A program made the translations under genes and the position numbers. Below are positions 29,471 through 42,645 of a DNA stretch of 64,000 nt, in pieces; the first letter of the stretch is position 1, and every line of letters begins with the position of its first letter. The notes beneath the pieces are model-generated. The model made no database searches, was not told the DNA's origin, and was given only the letters and a program-made list of their open reading frames with translations. The DNA lies in contig OZ024752.1 of the NCBI GenBank assembly GCA_964016885.1, positions 28,644,001 through 28,708,000 of the forward strand, given 5' to 3'. Origin of the DNA: Eledone cirrhosa. Lineage: Eukaryota.

Positions 29471-29694
29471 AACTCAAAATCAGGCATCTAGTTTTTCAAT
29501 CCGATCCCGCCAAAAATAGATTTAAAAATGGCTAAGATACGCTATGTGGCTGTGGACAAGCCAGAGAGAAAGGATGTGATTGGTTGCTTACGGCGGGTAG
29601 GCTTGCTGATATATATATATATATAATATATATATATATTATATATATATCAGCAAGCCTACCCGTATTTATATCTCTACCATGGTTTCTTCCT

Positions 29695-29752
<58 letters not shown>

Positions 29753-29770
29753 TATATAATATATATATAT

Positions 29771-29835
<65 letters not shown>

Positions 29836-30241
29836 ATATATATAATATATATATATTATATATATATAATATATATATATATATTATATATATATATAAT
29901 ATATATATATAATATATATATATATAATATATATAATATCTATATATATATAATATATATATATATATTATATATATATATATAATATATATATAATATA
30001 TATATATAATATATATATATAATATATATATAATATATATATATAATATATAATATATATATATATATATAATATATATATAATATATATATATAATATA
30101 TATATATAATATATAATATATATATAATATATATATATATATAATATATATATAATATATATATATATAATATATATGTATATAATATAAATATAATATA
30201 TATATATATAATATATATATATATATTATATATATATATAT

Positions 30242-30419
<178 letters not shown>

Positions 30420-30446
30420 GGTTATGCACTTTGTATATATATATAT

Positions 30447-31459
30447 ATACAAAGATCGGAATTAAAGTATTCCGCAGTTCACAGTAATAATAATATTAGC
30501 TCGAAGAAGAACAGAGAATTTTCATCTGACCTCAAATACAATTACACAGAGAGAAGTGTGTTACACAGTGAGAAGTGTGTATAAAATTATTAACCGTTAC
30601 TGTATGGAGAACAATCCCTACAGGTTAGCAATTAAATAGAAAAAAACTAAGTCAGAATCAATTCTCTGAAGTAGAGTTTTAAATTACTAACCTTATAACT
30701 ATAAGCTTACTGATACGAATTTAGTTCGTTTCACCACAGAAATGTGCGGTATAACAGCCCATAGGATCCTCTGTCAGCAAGTATGGGTACTGTTCACGAC
30801 AGATCAAGCCTAATGGATAGAGAGAAAGCTAATAAACACGCTGCCCAGAGTAGGGCGAAATTACGTGTTATTTGCATCAAATAACGGCTCTCATGGATTG
30901 GGGGGAAATGCTAGAGAGAGCAGCCCAACCATTCGAATTTCTTAGCTCAACAATCTGGAGCTCATTAAATGTGGATTGGCAGTATCGGTAGAGGGTCGGA
31001 CGCCATGCTTTCCAGCAAAGTTACGTCCCTTTACGATCTGAGTTCAAATCCCGCCGAGGTTGACTTTGCCTTTCATCCTTACGGGGTCGATAAAATAAAG
31101 TACCAGTAATGCACTGGGTAATTGCTGGCCTTGTGCCTAAAGTAGAAACAATTAAATATACAAAGATCGAAATTAAAGTATTCCGCAGTTCACAGTAATA
31201 ATAATATTAGTTTGAAGAAGAACAGAGAATTTTCATCTGAGCTCAAATACAATTACACAGAGAGAAGTGTGTTACACAGTGAGAAGTGTGTAAAAAATTA
31301 TTACATGTGAGTTTAACCGTTACTGTGTGGAGAACAATACCTACAGGTTAGCAATTTTGGTAACCTGTAGGTATTGTTCTCCATACAGTAACGGTTAAAC
31401 TCACATGTAATAATTTTTTACACACTTCTCACTGTGTAACACACTTCTCTCTGTGTATT

Positions 31460-31463
<4 letters not shown>
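30447..31463. mobile_element. Element with ~190-bp direct repeats plus terminal fold-back (Penelope-like architecture)
   Basis: Direct repeats 30447-30633 and 31158-31356; 31361-31463 is the reverse complement of about 31247-31350; (TA)n on both sides; SINE inserted inside. Confidence 0.7.
30971..31153 (+). mobile_element. SINE family A
   Basis: Full copy with A and B boxes. Confidence 0.85.
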
Positions 31464-31516
<53 letters not shown>

Positions 31517-31759
31517 AATAAGAATGAGAAATAAGATAGACTGAAGGGAGGGGCGGGTTTGGAATTTGATAAAAAAGTCTTTAGATAAAAATAACTGGTC
31601 CATTCATGTTGACATCTCATATATCCCTTCAAACTATCTTATTTCTCATTCTTTCTTCTGGTGAAGGACTAGCGCCCGAAATGTTAAGCCCCTCTTCTTG
31701 CTATTTCAAGCGTTAACCTAATATATTCCTTCCATATACCGATTGTGTTGTTATTTCTG

Positions 31760-31791
<32 letters not shown>

Positions 31792-31857
31792 CATACATAC
31801 ATACATACATACATACATACATACATACATACATACATTAAAAAAAAACAAAAAAAA

Positions 31858-33810
31858 ACAAAGAATCGCAGAAACATGACTGTCGTGTGGCTGGACTATC
31901 AGAAAGCATTTGATAGTGTACCTCATGGGTGGATTATTAAGGCTTTACAGTTAGCTAAAGTCCCACAACCATTAGTAGCTGCTGTTGAACGCCTGACCAA
32001 GAACTGGTACACCAATTTGATCCTTAGAGGTGAGAAGGAGCAGGTTAAGACTGATAGGATACATTACCAGAAGGGCATCTTTCAGGGTGATAGCTTGTCA
32101 GTACTACTCTTCGTTCTCTCACTGAATCCACTATCTTACCTACTCAGGAAACAAGGTGGACAAAGAAGTGGGCCCAGAAGTATCTCCCATCTTTTCTTTG
32201 TTGATGACCTGAAGTTGTATGGGCCAAATATCAATGACATCAAGAAACAATTGGACCTCATTACACAATTTTCAACCGACATCAAAATGAAATTTGGTGA
32301 GTCCAAGTGTGCATATTTGGCAGTAAAACGTGGAAGAGCTGTGCCCTCCTCTAGAAATCTAGATATGAACGGCCTGACAATACAACCTCTGCAGTCAGGT
32401 GACAACTACAGATATCTTGGACAGGATGAGAATGTCAGATATGATGGACCCATAAATAAGGAGAGAACCAGAACGGAATACCTCAGAAGAGTAAAAAAAA
32501 TATGGTCATCAGAACTGTCAGCATACAACAAATACATTGCCCACAATACCTATGCTGTGCCAATTCTAACGCCAACATTTGGCCTACTGAACTGGTCATT
32601 GCAAGAACTAAGTGAGATGGATGTTAGAACTCGAAAACTTCTCAGTGTTACTGGGAACTTTAACATCAATGGTGATGTGGATAGGCTATACTTCTCACGC
32701 AAGGAAGGTGGCCGGGGTCTAAAATCAATATTAACAACATATGAGACCCGGATAGTAACACTGAAGCAACACCTTCAACAGAGGAAAAAGGTTGGCGACC
32801 ATCTTGCTCAGGTTTATGAGCATGAAAAAAGAAATATCATTAGAATAGCGACTGATCTGGAGGAGAGATATGGAATAAAGCCTGATATAAATCTCTCACC
32901 CAGAGAAATCGGAAGATCCTATTCAATGTTCAAACAAGAAAAATAAATTGACCAATTTACAGAGAAAGTTGTGCATGGATACTTGAGGCGTAAAACACAG
33001 ACCATAGAGGGGATAAACCACTCAAAAAGCCTGGCATGGAGTTCCGACAAGTTTATGACATCACACCTTGAGGGATATCTCTATGCAATACAGGAACAAG
33101 AACTCCCTACCAAATATCTGCTGCACAAAAGAGGAGGGCCAGCAGCTGACAATAAATGTAGGCTATGTAAAACAAAGATCGAGGATGTAAGCCACATTGT
33201 TGCCAGCTGCGAAAGAATGTCATCTCGCTACTACCTCCCCATGAGACACGATGGGATAGCTAGAACTATCTGGAACGCACTTCGGAAAACAAAATTAACA
33301 ACAAACGAGGAAGAATATATTGAGACAGATGGCACTAAGGAATACTGGTGGAACCTGAAAATAAAAACTGCCACCAAATTAAAGCACAACCGGCCTGATA
33401 TTGTAGTTTGGGACCACACATTGAAAACGTGTTCTGTTGTGGAGATCAGCTGCCCACTTGATGTAAACGTTGTCAGAAAAATACAGGAGAAGGAGGACAT
33501 CTACGGACCATTGATGAGGAGCTTACAAATCCAGTATCCAAGATACACCTTTAGCTTCATACCCATCATTATTGGTGCTACGGGTTATATACCAACCCGC
33601 TTGGACCAAAGTATGACCGAACTTGGATTTGCGGACAAAAAGCGCAGCTCCCTAATTCATAGTCTACAAATGGCTGCGATAGCTGGCACCTTCAAAATAT
33701 GCAAAACATTCTTGCGATTCAAGGGATGACAATTTCTTTTCTTTTACAACCTTGCCACCAGGAAGGTGGCCGGTCAAAAAAATATACTCGAAATTAAGAG
33801 AAAGAGAAAA
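31858..33810 (+). mobile_element. 5'-truncated R4/Dong-like non-LTR retrotransposon (RT plus restriction-like endonuclease)
   Basis: [45 protein letters not shown]...H....C knuckle, RHD, RPDIVVWD...VVEISCP...K. ORFs 31876-32946 and 32971-33729 are one frame broken by a single TAA. Confidence 0.92.
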
Positions 33811-34089
33811 CATACATACATATTTATTTATTAATTATTTATTAAAATAACAGATTACAGTTTAAGCAAAGAATCGGTGATTTCACTCTTAACGGGATCT
33901 TTGGATTTTAGTCTTCAAATGTATTATTATTATTACTATATATATATATATATAGGGAGTAAACTTGGAGTTACTGTAGGTTCACCCGGGTGAGCACTCG
34001 ATGTTTAGGTTCACTTCTGTGTCGAGGTGTAGAGCTAGACAGAATATATATATATATATATCATCATATATATATATATTTATATATGA

Positions 34090-34210
<121 letters not shown>

Positions 34211-34959
34211 GAGAGAGAGATAGGGGGAGAGAGAGAGGGGGAATTATGTGTTTGTATGTCAGGTGTTGGCATAGAATCAAATAAATACATAGACCCAGGA
34301 AAATAAAATAGAGAGAACTAATAACCGGAAAACAAAACTGCTTTCCAGTTTATTGAAGTTAATAAAATAGAAAAGAAAGGAAAAAAACTAACAGGTGATC
34401 TTTGATGTAGAGAGATACATGTAATGAGTTATTGGACTTGAAACAGAACTAGCAGTAATAATGATGATGGTGGTGATGGTGGTGGTGATGGTGGTGATGG
34501 TGATGATGATGGTGGTGATGGTGGTGGTGGTGATGATAGTGGTGGTGACGGTAATGATGATGATGATGACGATGATGGCGATGCTGGTGGTGGTGGTTGT
34601 GGTGATGACGATGGCAATAATGACGATGATGATAATGATGATAATGACGATGATGATGATGATATCGATGAGGAGGAGGAGGAGGATGTTCATAAAGATG
34701 ATAATGATGATGATGACGACGATGATGATGATGATAAACGTATAAGTATAAAACAATAAACAACGAAAACCGAGAAAGATAAACCTCATGAAAAGCTGAT
34801 CGCCCCCGTACTAATTACCCAAACCATCACAACAACAACAACAAAACAATATCAAAGGCGAATCATCAACAATAATAATATGTTTTATATATTGGCATAA
34901 GGCCATTTGTTATGAGAAAAATACTTTTTATTTTCACATTTTATTTAACCCTAGTAGGC

Positions 34960-35720
34960 CGTTGACTCCGAGAAAATGGACGACAAAGATAGTTGATATA
35001 GATTAATACATATGGTTCTGTGGTTTAGTAGTTCATACAACGTTGACTCCGAGAAAATTAACGGCAAAGAGAGTTGATATAGATTAATACATATGGTTCT
35101 GTAGTTTAGTAGTTCATACAACGTTGACTCCGAGAAAATGGACGACAAAGAGAGTTGATATAGATTAATACATATGGTTCTGTGGTTTAGTAGTTCATAC
35201 AACGTTGACTCCGAGAAAATTAACGGCAAAGAGAGTTGATATAGATAAATACATATGGTTCTGTGGTTTAGTAGTTCATACAACGTTGAGTCCGAGAAAA
35301 TGGACGACAAAGAGAGTCGATATAGATTAATACATATGGTTCTGTGGTTTAGTAGTTCATACAACGTTGACTCCGAGAAAATTAACGGCAAAGAGAGTTG
35401 ATATAGATAAATACATATGGTTCTGTGGTTTAGTAGTTCATACAACGTTGAGTCCGAGAAAATGGACGACAAAGAGAGTCGATATAGATTAATACATATG
35501 GTTCTGTGGTTTAGTAGTTCATACAACGTTGAGTCCGAGAAAATGGACGACAAAGAGAGTCGATATAGATTAATACATATGGTTCTGTGGTTTAGTAGTT
35601 CATACAACGTTGACTCCGAGAAAATGGACGACAAAGAGAGTTGATATAGACTAATACATATGATTCTGTGGTTTAGTAGTTCATACAACGTTGAGTCCGA
35701 GAAAATTAACGGCAAAGAGA
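34960..35720. repeat. 81-bp minisatellite, ~9.4 copies
   Basis: Unit starts at 34960, 35041, 35122 and onward. Confidence 0.95.
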
Positions 35721-35727
35721 ATTATAT

Positions 35728-35905
35728 CTAGGGCGAATAAAATTCCCAAGATCCATAGACGAGTTCTCTCCAGCAATCTCTGTTCTTCATCATCGCCGCC
35801 ATATCCTGCATTTCCCAGAGACCTGTCTGTCCTTAGGGCATCAATATATGTCATCCTCAGTCAGTCTCCCTCTTCTAGTGTGCCCATGTAGGGGCTCCCA
35901 CGGGA
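35728..35905 (-). mobile_element. RTE-clade LINE 3' end
   Basis: Reverse-complement match to 44550-44721 (WEPLHGH..RGR). Confidence 0.8.
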
Positions 35906-36043
<138 letters not shown>

Positions 36044-36226
36044 GAAAATGTTTAACCCCGACGGCAGAGCTCAAGCCGTTTCGACGACTATTTCTGAACT
36101 ATTTCAGGGTTTAATGAACTATTGCCGTCGGGTTTAAACATTTTCCTATTACCGACTCTACTACCCTAAGTATTGAGTACTCTGGTGCGTTATGGTCCAT
36201 CTGGTTCCTTACCACACTTCCTTCGT

Positions 36227-36270
<44 letters not shown>

Positions 36271-36507
36271 TACAATGTTCCTGTGTATGTATGTATATAT
36301 GCCTCTCTCTCTATATATACATATATATATATGTGTGTGTGTGTGTGTGTCTGTGAGCATATATATGTGTATGTGTGTGCTTGTGTATATATGTGTGTGT
36401 GTGTATACGTACATGTATATGCGATCCTATATATACCCACGTCTTTAATGAAATATAACTGCATAATATAGGTGCAGTCTGGTGCAGTCTGGTGCAGTCT
36501 GCGACTA

Positions 36508-36815
36508 ACCCAGGTTCTGCTGCAAGTCGGGCTGAGGAGGCCAAACTCCTCAAATACCGGTCGCACTCCGACATGTTTGCGGTTGTACCCCTGGCAAGTG
36601 GAGACTTCTGGTGTCCTCGGCCCTAGGGCTACCTCCACACTTCCCACCATAGGCGCTGAGCTGGCCAGCCGCAGGTTGTGAACCCCGCGAGTTGGAGTGG
36701 CTTTTCCAGCGCGTCTCCGTTGCCGTCTTCCGGGAAAACGCCTTCACCATCCTGTCCGCCGGGGCTGGGGGTGGGGTGGAGGCGGCATCGCGTAACATTC
36801 CATATTTAAGTAAGT
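36508..36815 (+). mobile_element. CRE-like non-LTR element, C-terminal RLE fragment
   Basis: GC-rich; with frameshifts reads AASRAEEAKLLKY..VPLA / VETSGVLGPRA...IG / EPRELEWLFQRVSVAVFRENAFTIL. Confidence 0.7.
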
Positions 36816-37373
36816 AAAAATTCCCAATTAGTTGTCACACATGTCGATCATGTTCAATTCGAACGCCTCTAAAAATAACATAGGTATATCATTATTTGCT
36901 ATCGATAATGAGTTGTTGTTTGTGATTTTGTTGAAATGGTTCTATTTTTCTTTTTATGTTAAATTGAGTGTTAACAATATTTACAGTTTGGTCTGAAAAT
37001 GTTTATCCTTCTTAGTTTTACGTGTTAAGTTATCTGATTATCAGATATAGTTTGTTCCAATTTTAAAACCTCCTGTTATTTCATCTTTGCTACTAGCACC
37101 GTGAGGCATCACCGCCCACTATATATATGTGTCTGTGTGTGTGTGTGTATGTGTGTGTGTGTGCGTGTGTGTGAGTGTGTGTGTGTGTGAGTGTGTGAGT
37201 GTGTGTGTGTGTGTGTGAGTGTGTATGCATATATATACATAAATATATATATATACATATATATATAAGTATATATACATGTATATATATATTTATTAAA
37301 GTTTAAGCAAAAAATCGCTGCTTTCACCCTTGACGGGATATTACTATATATATATGTGTGTGTATTATAATAT

Positions 37374-37556
37374 AATTGTTTCTACTTTTGGCACAAGGCC
37401 AGCAATTACCCAGTGCATTACTGGTACTTTATTTTATCGACCCCGTAAGGATGAAAGGCAAAGTCAACCTCGGCGGGATTTGAACTCAGATCGTAAAGGG
37501 ACGTAACTATGCTGGAAAGCATGGCGTCCGACCCTCTACCGATGCTGCCAATCCAC
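37374..37556 (-). mobile_element. SINE family A
   Basis: Full copy. Confidence 0.85.
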
Positions 37557-38619
37557 AATATCATGTGAGCACCCTAATAGGTTAACAAAGTGAAACATGG
37601 ATATCCAGTTTAATTATACATAGTTAAAGAAATCTTTCAAGATTAACAAATCCTTATCCCAAGGAAATACGTTCAAAATTAAATACTTCCAGTAACAATT
37701 CTTGTTAGTAATACAGAATGAAATTGAACAAGATTGTTTTTATTTTCATGAAATATTTAATGCCTTCTCCCAGTTAGTGTCCCCAGTTCGTGTCACACAG
37801 TTAATTTCAACCGATTTAACCCCGACATTTCCGTCACTCTCGCCCACCTGTCATAGATTTTACTGGAAAGCAACACCTCTCTTTACTTATCCCAAACACC
37901 TCTGTAAAACATTATAACATTTTGGGTTAGGGCCTATCTTTTAGTTCTAAAAGTGCTATGTAAAGTACAATGACAAAATATCTAAGATCTATAATTTACT
38001 GAATTATATATAAAAGCAAAGGCTCCGTTCTCGCAGCCAACTCGCAGCTTAAAGGTGTACAATACTATCACAATACTATTTCACTTTATTCTGCACAACA
38101 AGTTTAATCATACATCTATCACCTCAAAGTTCACTGTGAGTGTGAAACACAGAACACAACTAGTAGCTACCAAATCCACCAACGTATCTTCCTATCTGCA
38201 ACATTAAAGAACATCAGACACAACTAAATATCAAAGATAACAGCATGAACTTAACAAACACACAGAAGGAGTTAAATAAAGCTCTACCACAAAAGCCACA
38301 ATATATACACATTCATCAAAGCGATGTACAAACATATTTAGAGCATTCAAACGAACCACATTTGGCACCACATTTTACGAATAAAAAATGAAAAACATTA
38401 GAATATAAACAATACATTAGATCTATCATGAATTATGCCTGTAGCCTAATATCCTCATCTCTCCAATACAAAGTAAAACGAATACGTAAAACAAATACAT
38501 AAACGTAGTTTGGATCAACACAGTCTTGCAAATATGCAGCATGATCAGTTGCTTCTATAAAACCGTACACTTACATACAGTATTAGTAGCATCCATGAAG
38601 CTATTAGCAGCCGGCACCA

Positions 38620-39395
38620 CCAAAACCACCATCACCACTAACACCACTAACACCACCAGCAACAACAAAAACAACAACAACATAAACAACACCAATAACG
38701 ACAATAACAACAACAACAACAATAACACCAATAACGACAATAACAATAACAACAATAAGAATAACAACGACAATATCAACAACGACAACACCAATAATAA
38801 CAACAACAACAACATCAACACCAATAACGACAACACCAATAACACCAATAACAACAATAATAACAACATCAATAACAACAATAACAACAATAACAACAAT
38901 AATAACGACAATAATAACACTAACAACAACAACATAAACAACACCTATAACGACAATAACAATAACAACAATAATAACGATAACAACAACATCAACAACA
39001 CCAATAACAACCACAATATCAATAACAACAACAACAATAACAACAACAACAATAACAACAACACCAATAACAACAACAATGACAATAATAACAACAACAA
39101 CAACAATACCAATAACAACAACATCAACTACATCAATAACAATAATGACAATAATAATCACGACAACAACAATATCAATAACAACAACAACATCAACAAC
39201 ACCAATAATAACAACAACAATGACAATAATAATAACGACAATAACAACAATATCAATAACAACAACAACAACACAAATAACAACAACAACAATAACAACA
39301 ACAACATCAACAACACCAATAACGACAACAACAATAGCAATAACAACATCAACAACATGAATAACGGCAATAACAACAAAACTAGCATAAACACC
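38620..39395. repeat. Degenerate (AAC/AAT)n triplet array
   Basis: About 775 bp of AAY triplets with interspersed ACC/GAC/ATC. Confidence 0.95.
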
Positions 39396-39402
39396 AAGAG
39401 AG

Positions 39403-39712
39403 TGTGAGATGTGAGATGTGAGATTTGAGATGTGAGATGTGAGATGTGAGATTTGAGATGTGAGATGTGAGATTTGAGATGTGAGATGTGAGATGTGAGA
39501 TTTGAGATGTGAGATGTGAGATTTGAGATGTGAGATGTGAGATGTGAGATGTGAGATTTGAGATGTGAGATGTGAGATGTGAGATTTGAGATGTGAGATG
39601 TGAGATGTGAGATGTGAGATGTGAGATTTGAGATGTGAGATGTGAGATGTGAGATTTGAGATTTGAGATGTGAGATGTGAGATTTGAGATGTGAGATGTG
39701 AGATTTGAGATG
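39403..39712. repeat. Heptamer array (GAGATGT/GAGATTT)n
   Basis: About 44 units directly visible. Confidence 0.95.
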
Positions 39713-39990
39713 TTCTTCGCCTACTTATTCCTGAAAGGGTCGTGGTAACAAGAGTCCTCAAATACTCCTTCCAGTGGGTCCTCTCAGAAGCAACCGTTTC
39801 CAACTGATTCAGCTGGATCCCCAGACAAGACCAGCCGAGCTCGTGGATGTTATCCAACCATCTTGTTTGGGGCGGGTCTACTTCTGGGTCTCCTGTCGGT
39901 TGGTTTTACTCGTAGAATCTGTCCGGGTTCAACGGTTCTTTCCTCAGGCGTTCTATTCAGGCACAGAAACCTGTCATTTGGAGCAGGGTT
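39713..39990 (-). mobile_element. RTE-like LINE 3' end (relatives at about 12790-12895 minus, 45270-45520 minus, 56320-56662 plus)
   Basis: GRPRP..WLDNIHELGWSCLGI...VASERTHWKEYLR-type C-terminus ending in a GAAGAA tail. Confidence 0.7.
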
Positions 39991-40096
39991 AAAGTTTATA
40001 TCGACAGCTATTTCATTTTATTGACCTCGGAAGAATAAAATGCAAAGTTGACCTCAGCAGGATTTAAACTTAGAAGGTAGAAAACTAAAGACAGAT

Positions 40097-41850
40097 GCTG
40101 GTAATGTTAGCTAAATATCACATGTGATAACACCTTATAGCAATCGTGTTGATGACATAGATTGCGGCTGGTAATGTTAGCTAAATATCACATGTGATAA
40201 TACCTTATAGCAATCGTGTTGATGACATAGATTGCGGCTGGTAATGTTAGCTAAATATCACATGTGATGACACCTTATAGCAATCGTGTTGATGACATAG
40301 ATTGCGGCTGGTAATGTTAGCTAAATATCACATGTGATAACACCTTATAGCAATCGTGTTGATGACATAGATTGCGGCTGGTAATGTTAGCTAAATATCA
40401 CATGTGATAACACCTTATAGCAATCGTGTTGATGACATAGATTGCGGCTGGTAATGTTAGCTAAATATCACATGTGATAACACCTTATAGCAATTGTGTT
40501 GATGACATAGATTGCGGCTGGTAATGTTAGCTAAATATCACATGTGATAACACCTTATAGCAATCGTGTTGATGACATAGATTGCGGCTGGTAATGTTAG
40601 CTAAATATCACATGTGATAACACCTTATAGCAATTGTGTTGATGACATAGATTGCGGCTGGTAATGTTAGCTAAATATCACATGTGATAACACCTTATAG
40701 CAATTGTGTTGATGACATAGATTGCGGCTGGTAATGTTAGCTAAATATCACATGTGATGACACCTTATAGCAATCGTGTTGATGACATAGATTGCGGCTG
40801 GTAATGTTAGCTAAATATCACATGTGATAACACCTTATAGCAATCGTGTTGATGACATAGATTGCGGCTGGTAATGTTAGCTAAATATCACATGTGATAA
40901 CACCTTATAGCAATCGTGTTGATGACATAGATTGCGGCTGGTAATGTTAGCTAAATATCACATGTGATAACACCTTATAGCAATCGTGTTGATGACATAG
41001 ATTGCGGCTGGTAATGTTAGCTAAATATCACATGTGATAACACCTTATAGCAATCGTGTTGATGACATAGATTGCGGCTGGTAATGTTAGCTAAATATCA
41101 CATGTGATAACACCTTATAGCAATCGTGTTGATGACATAGATTGCGGCTGGTAATGTTAGCTAAATATCACATGTGATAACACCTTATAGCAATCGTGTT
41201 GATGACATAGATTGCGGCTGGTAATGTTAGCTAAATATCACATGTGATAACACCTTATAGCAATCGTGTTGATGACATAGATTGCGGCTGGTAATGTTAG
41301 CTAAATATCACATGTGATAACACCTTATAGCAATCGTGTTGATGACATAGATTGCGGCTGGTAATGTTAGCTAAATATCACATGTGATAACACCTTATAG
41401 CAATCGTGTTGATGACATAGATTGCGGCTGGTAATGTTAGCTAAATATCACATGTGATAACACCTTATAGCAATCGTGTTGATGACATAGATTGCGGCTG
41501 GTAATGTTAGCTAAATATCACATGTGATAACACCTTATAGCAATCGTGTTGATGACATAGATTGCGGCTGGTAATGTTAGCTAAATATCACATGTGATAA
41601 CACCTTATAGCAATCGTGTTGATGACATAGATTGCGGCTGGTAATGTTAGCTAAATATCACATGTGATAACACCTTATAGCAATCGTGTTGATGACATAG
41701 ATTGCGGCTGGTAATGTTAGCTAAATATCACATGTGATAACACCTTATAGCAATCGTGTTGATGACATAGATTGCGGCTGGTAATGTTAGCTAAATATCA
41801 CATGTGATAACACCTTATAGCAATCGTGTTGATGACATAGATTGCGGCTG
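40097..41850. repeat. 70-bp tandem array, 25 near-identical copies
   Basis: Unit GCTGGTAATGTTAGCTAAATATCACATGTGATAACACCTTATAGCAATCGTGTTGATGACATAGATTGCG; only a few single-base variants. Confidence 0.98.
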
Positions 41851-41881
41851 ATGACAACGAAGATGACTATGGTGATAAAGA

Positions 41882-42268
41882 TAATTGTTTCTACTTTAGG
41901 CACAAGGCCAGTAATTATCCAGTACATTACTGGTACTTTATTTTATCGACCCCCCCCCCCTCCGTAAGGATGAAAGGGAAAGTTAACCGTGACGGGATTT
42001 GAACCCAGAACGTAAAGGGCCATAACTCTATACTGCAAAGCATGGTCTCTGACACTCTACAGATATTGCCAATCTAATGATAATAATTATTTCTACTTTA
42101 GGCACAAGGCCAGCAATTACCCAGTGCATTACTGGTACTTTATTTTATCGACCCCGTAAGGATGAAAGGCAAAATCAACCTCGGCGGGATTTGAACTCAG
42201 ATCGTAAAGGGACGTAACTATGCTGGAAAGCATAGCGTCAGACCCTCTACCGATACTGCCAATACACC
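41882..42268 (-). mobile_element. Two tandem family-A SINEs
   Basis: Copies at about 41882-42075 and 42086-42268. Confidence 0.85.
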
Positions 42269-42290
42269 AAGATAATGATGATAATGATGA

Positions 42291-42324
<34 letters not shown>

Positions 42325-42571
42325 GGTGGTGGTGGTGGCGATCGTCGCCGTCGTGGTTAATATTGCATATTTTCATCTTTAAGATGAGGGCAATAATATT
42401 GGATTATATTTCCAATCAAATTTTATGAAAAAATGAGCACAAATCACAAATGCATATGTATCTGTATTTATGCATATTATGTATACATGTATGTGTGTGT
42501 GTAAGTATGTATGTGTGTGTGAGTGTGTATGTCTCTATATATGTATGTACATATATACATATATTTACGTT

Positions 42572-42645
<74 letters not shown>

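Noticed and set aside
32944-32946. Programmed read-through or two-ORF organisation in the R4-like element
   Set aside because: R4-clade elements have one ORF, and a single TAA in a truncated copy is most simply a mutation or base-call error.
34388-34789. His-rich and Met/Val-rich ORFs
   Set aside because: Degenerate (GAT/GGT)n triplet repeat.
34949-35733. CCCTAG/CTAGGG as TIRs around the 81-bp array
   Set aside because: The right-hand CTAGGG is the stop-codon region of the adjacent RTE fragment, so the match is coincidental.
38526-39857. 293-aa poly-Asn ORF and 417-aa antisense ORF
   Set aside because: Products of the AAC/AAT and heptamer arrays plus an RTE tail; open on both strands with no domain or splice evidence.
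40097-41850. CRISPR-like appearance of the palindromic 70-bp array
   Set aside because: No unique spacers, no cas genes, eukaryotic context.
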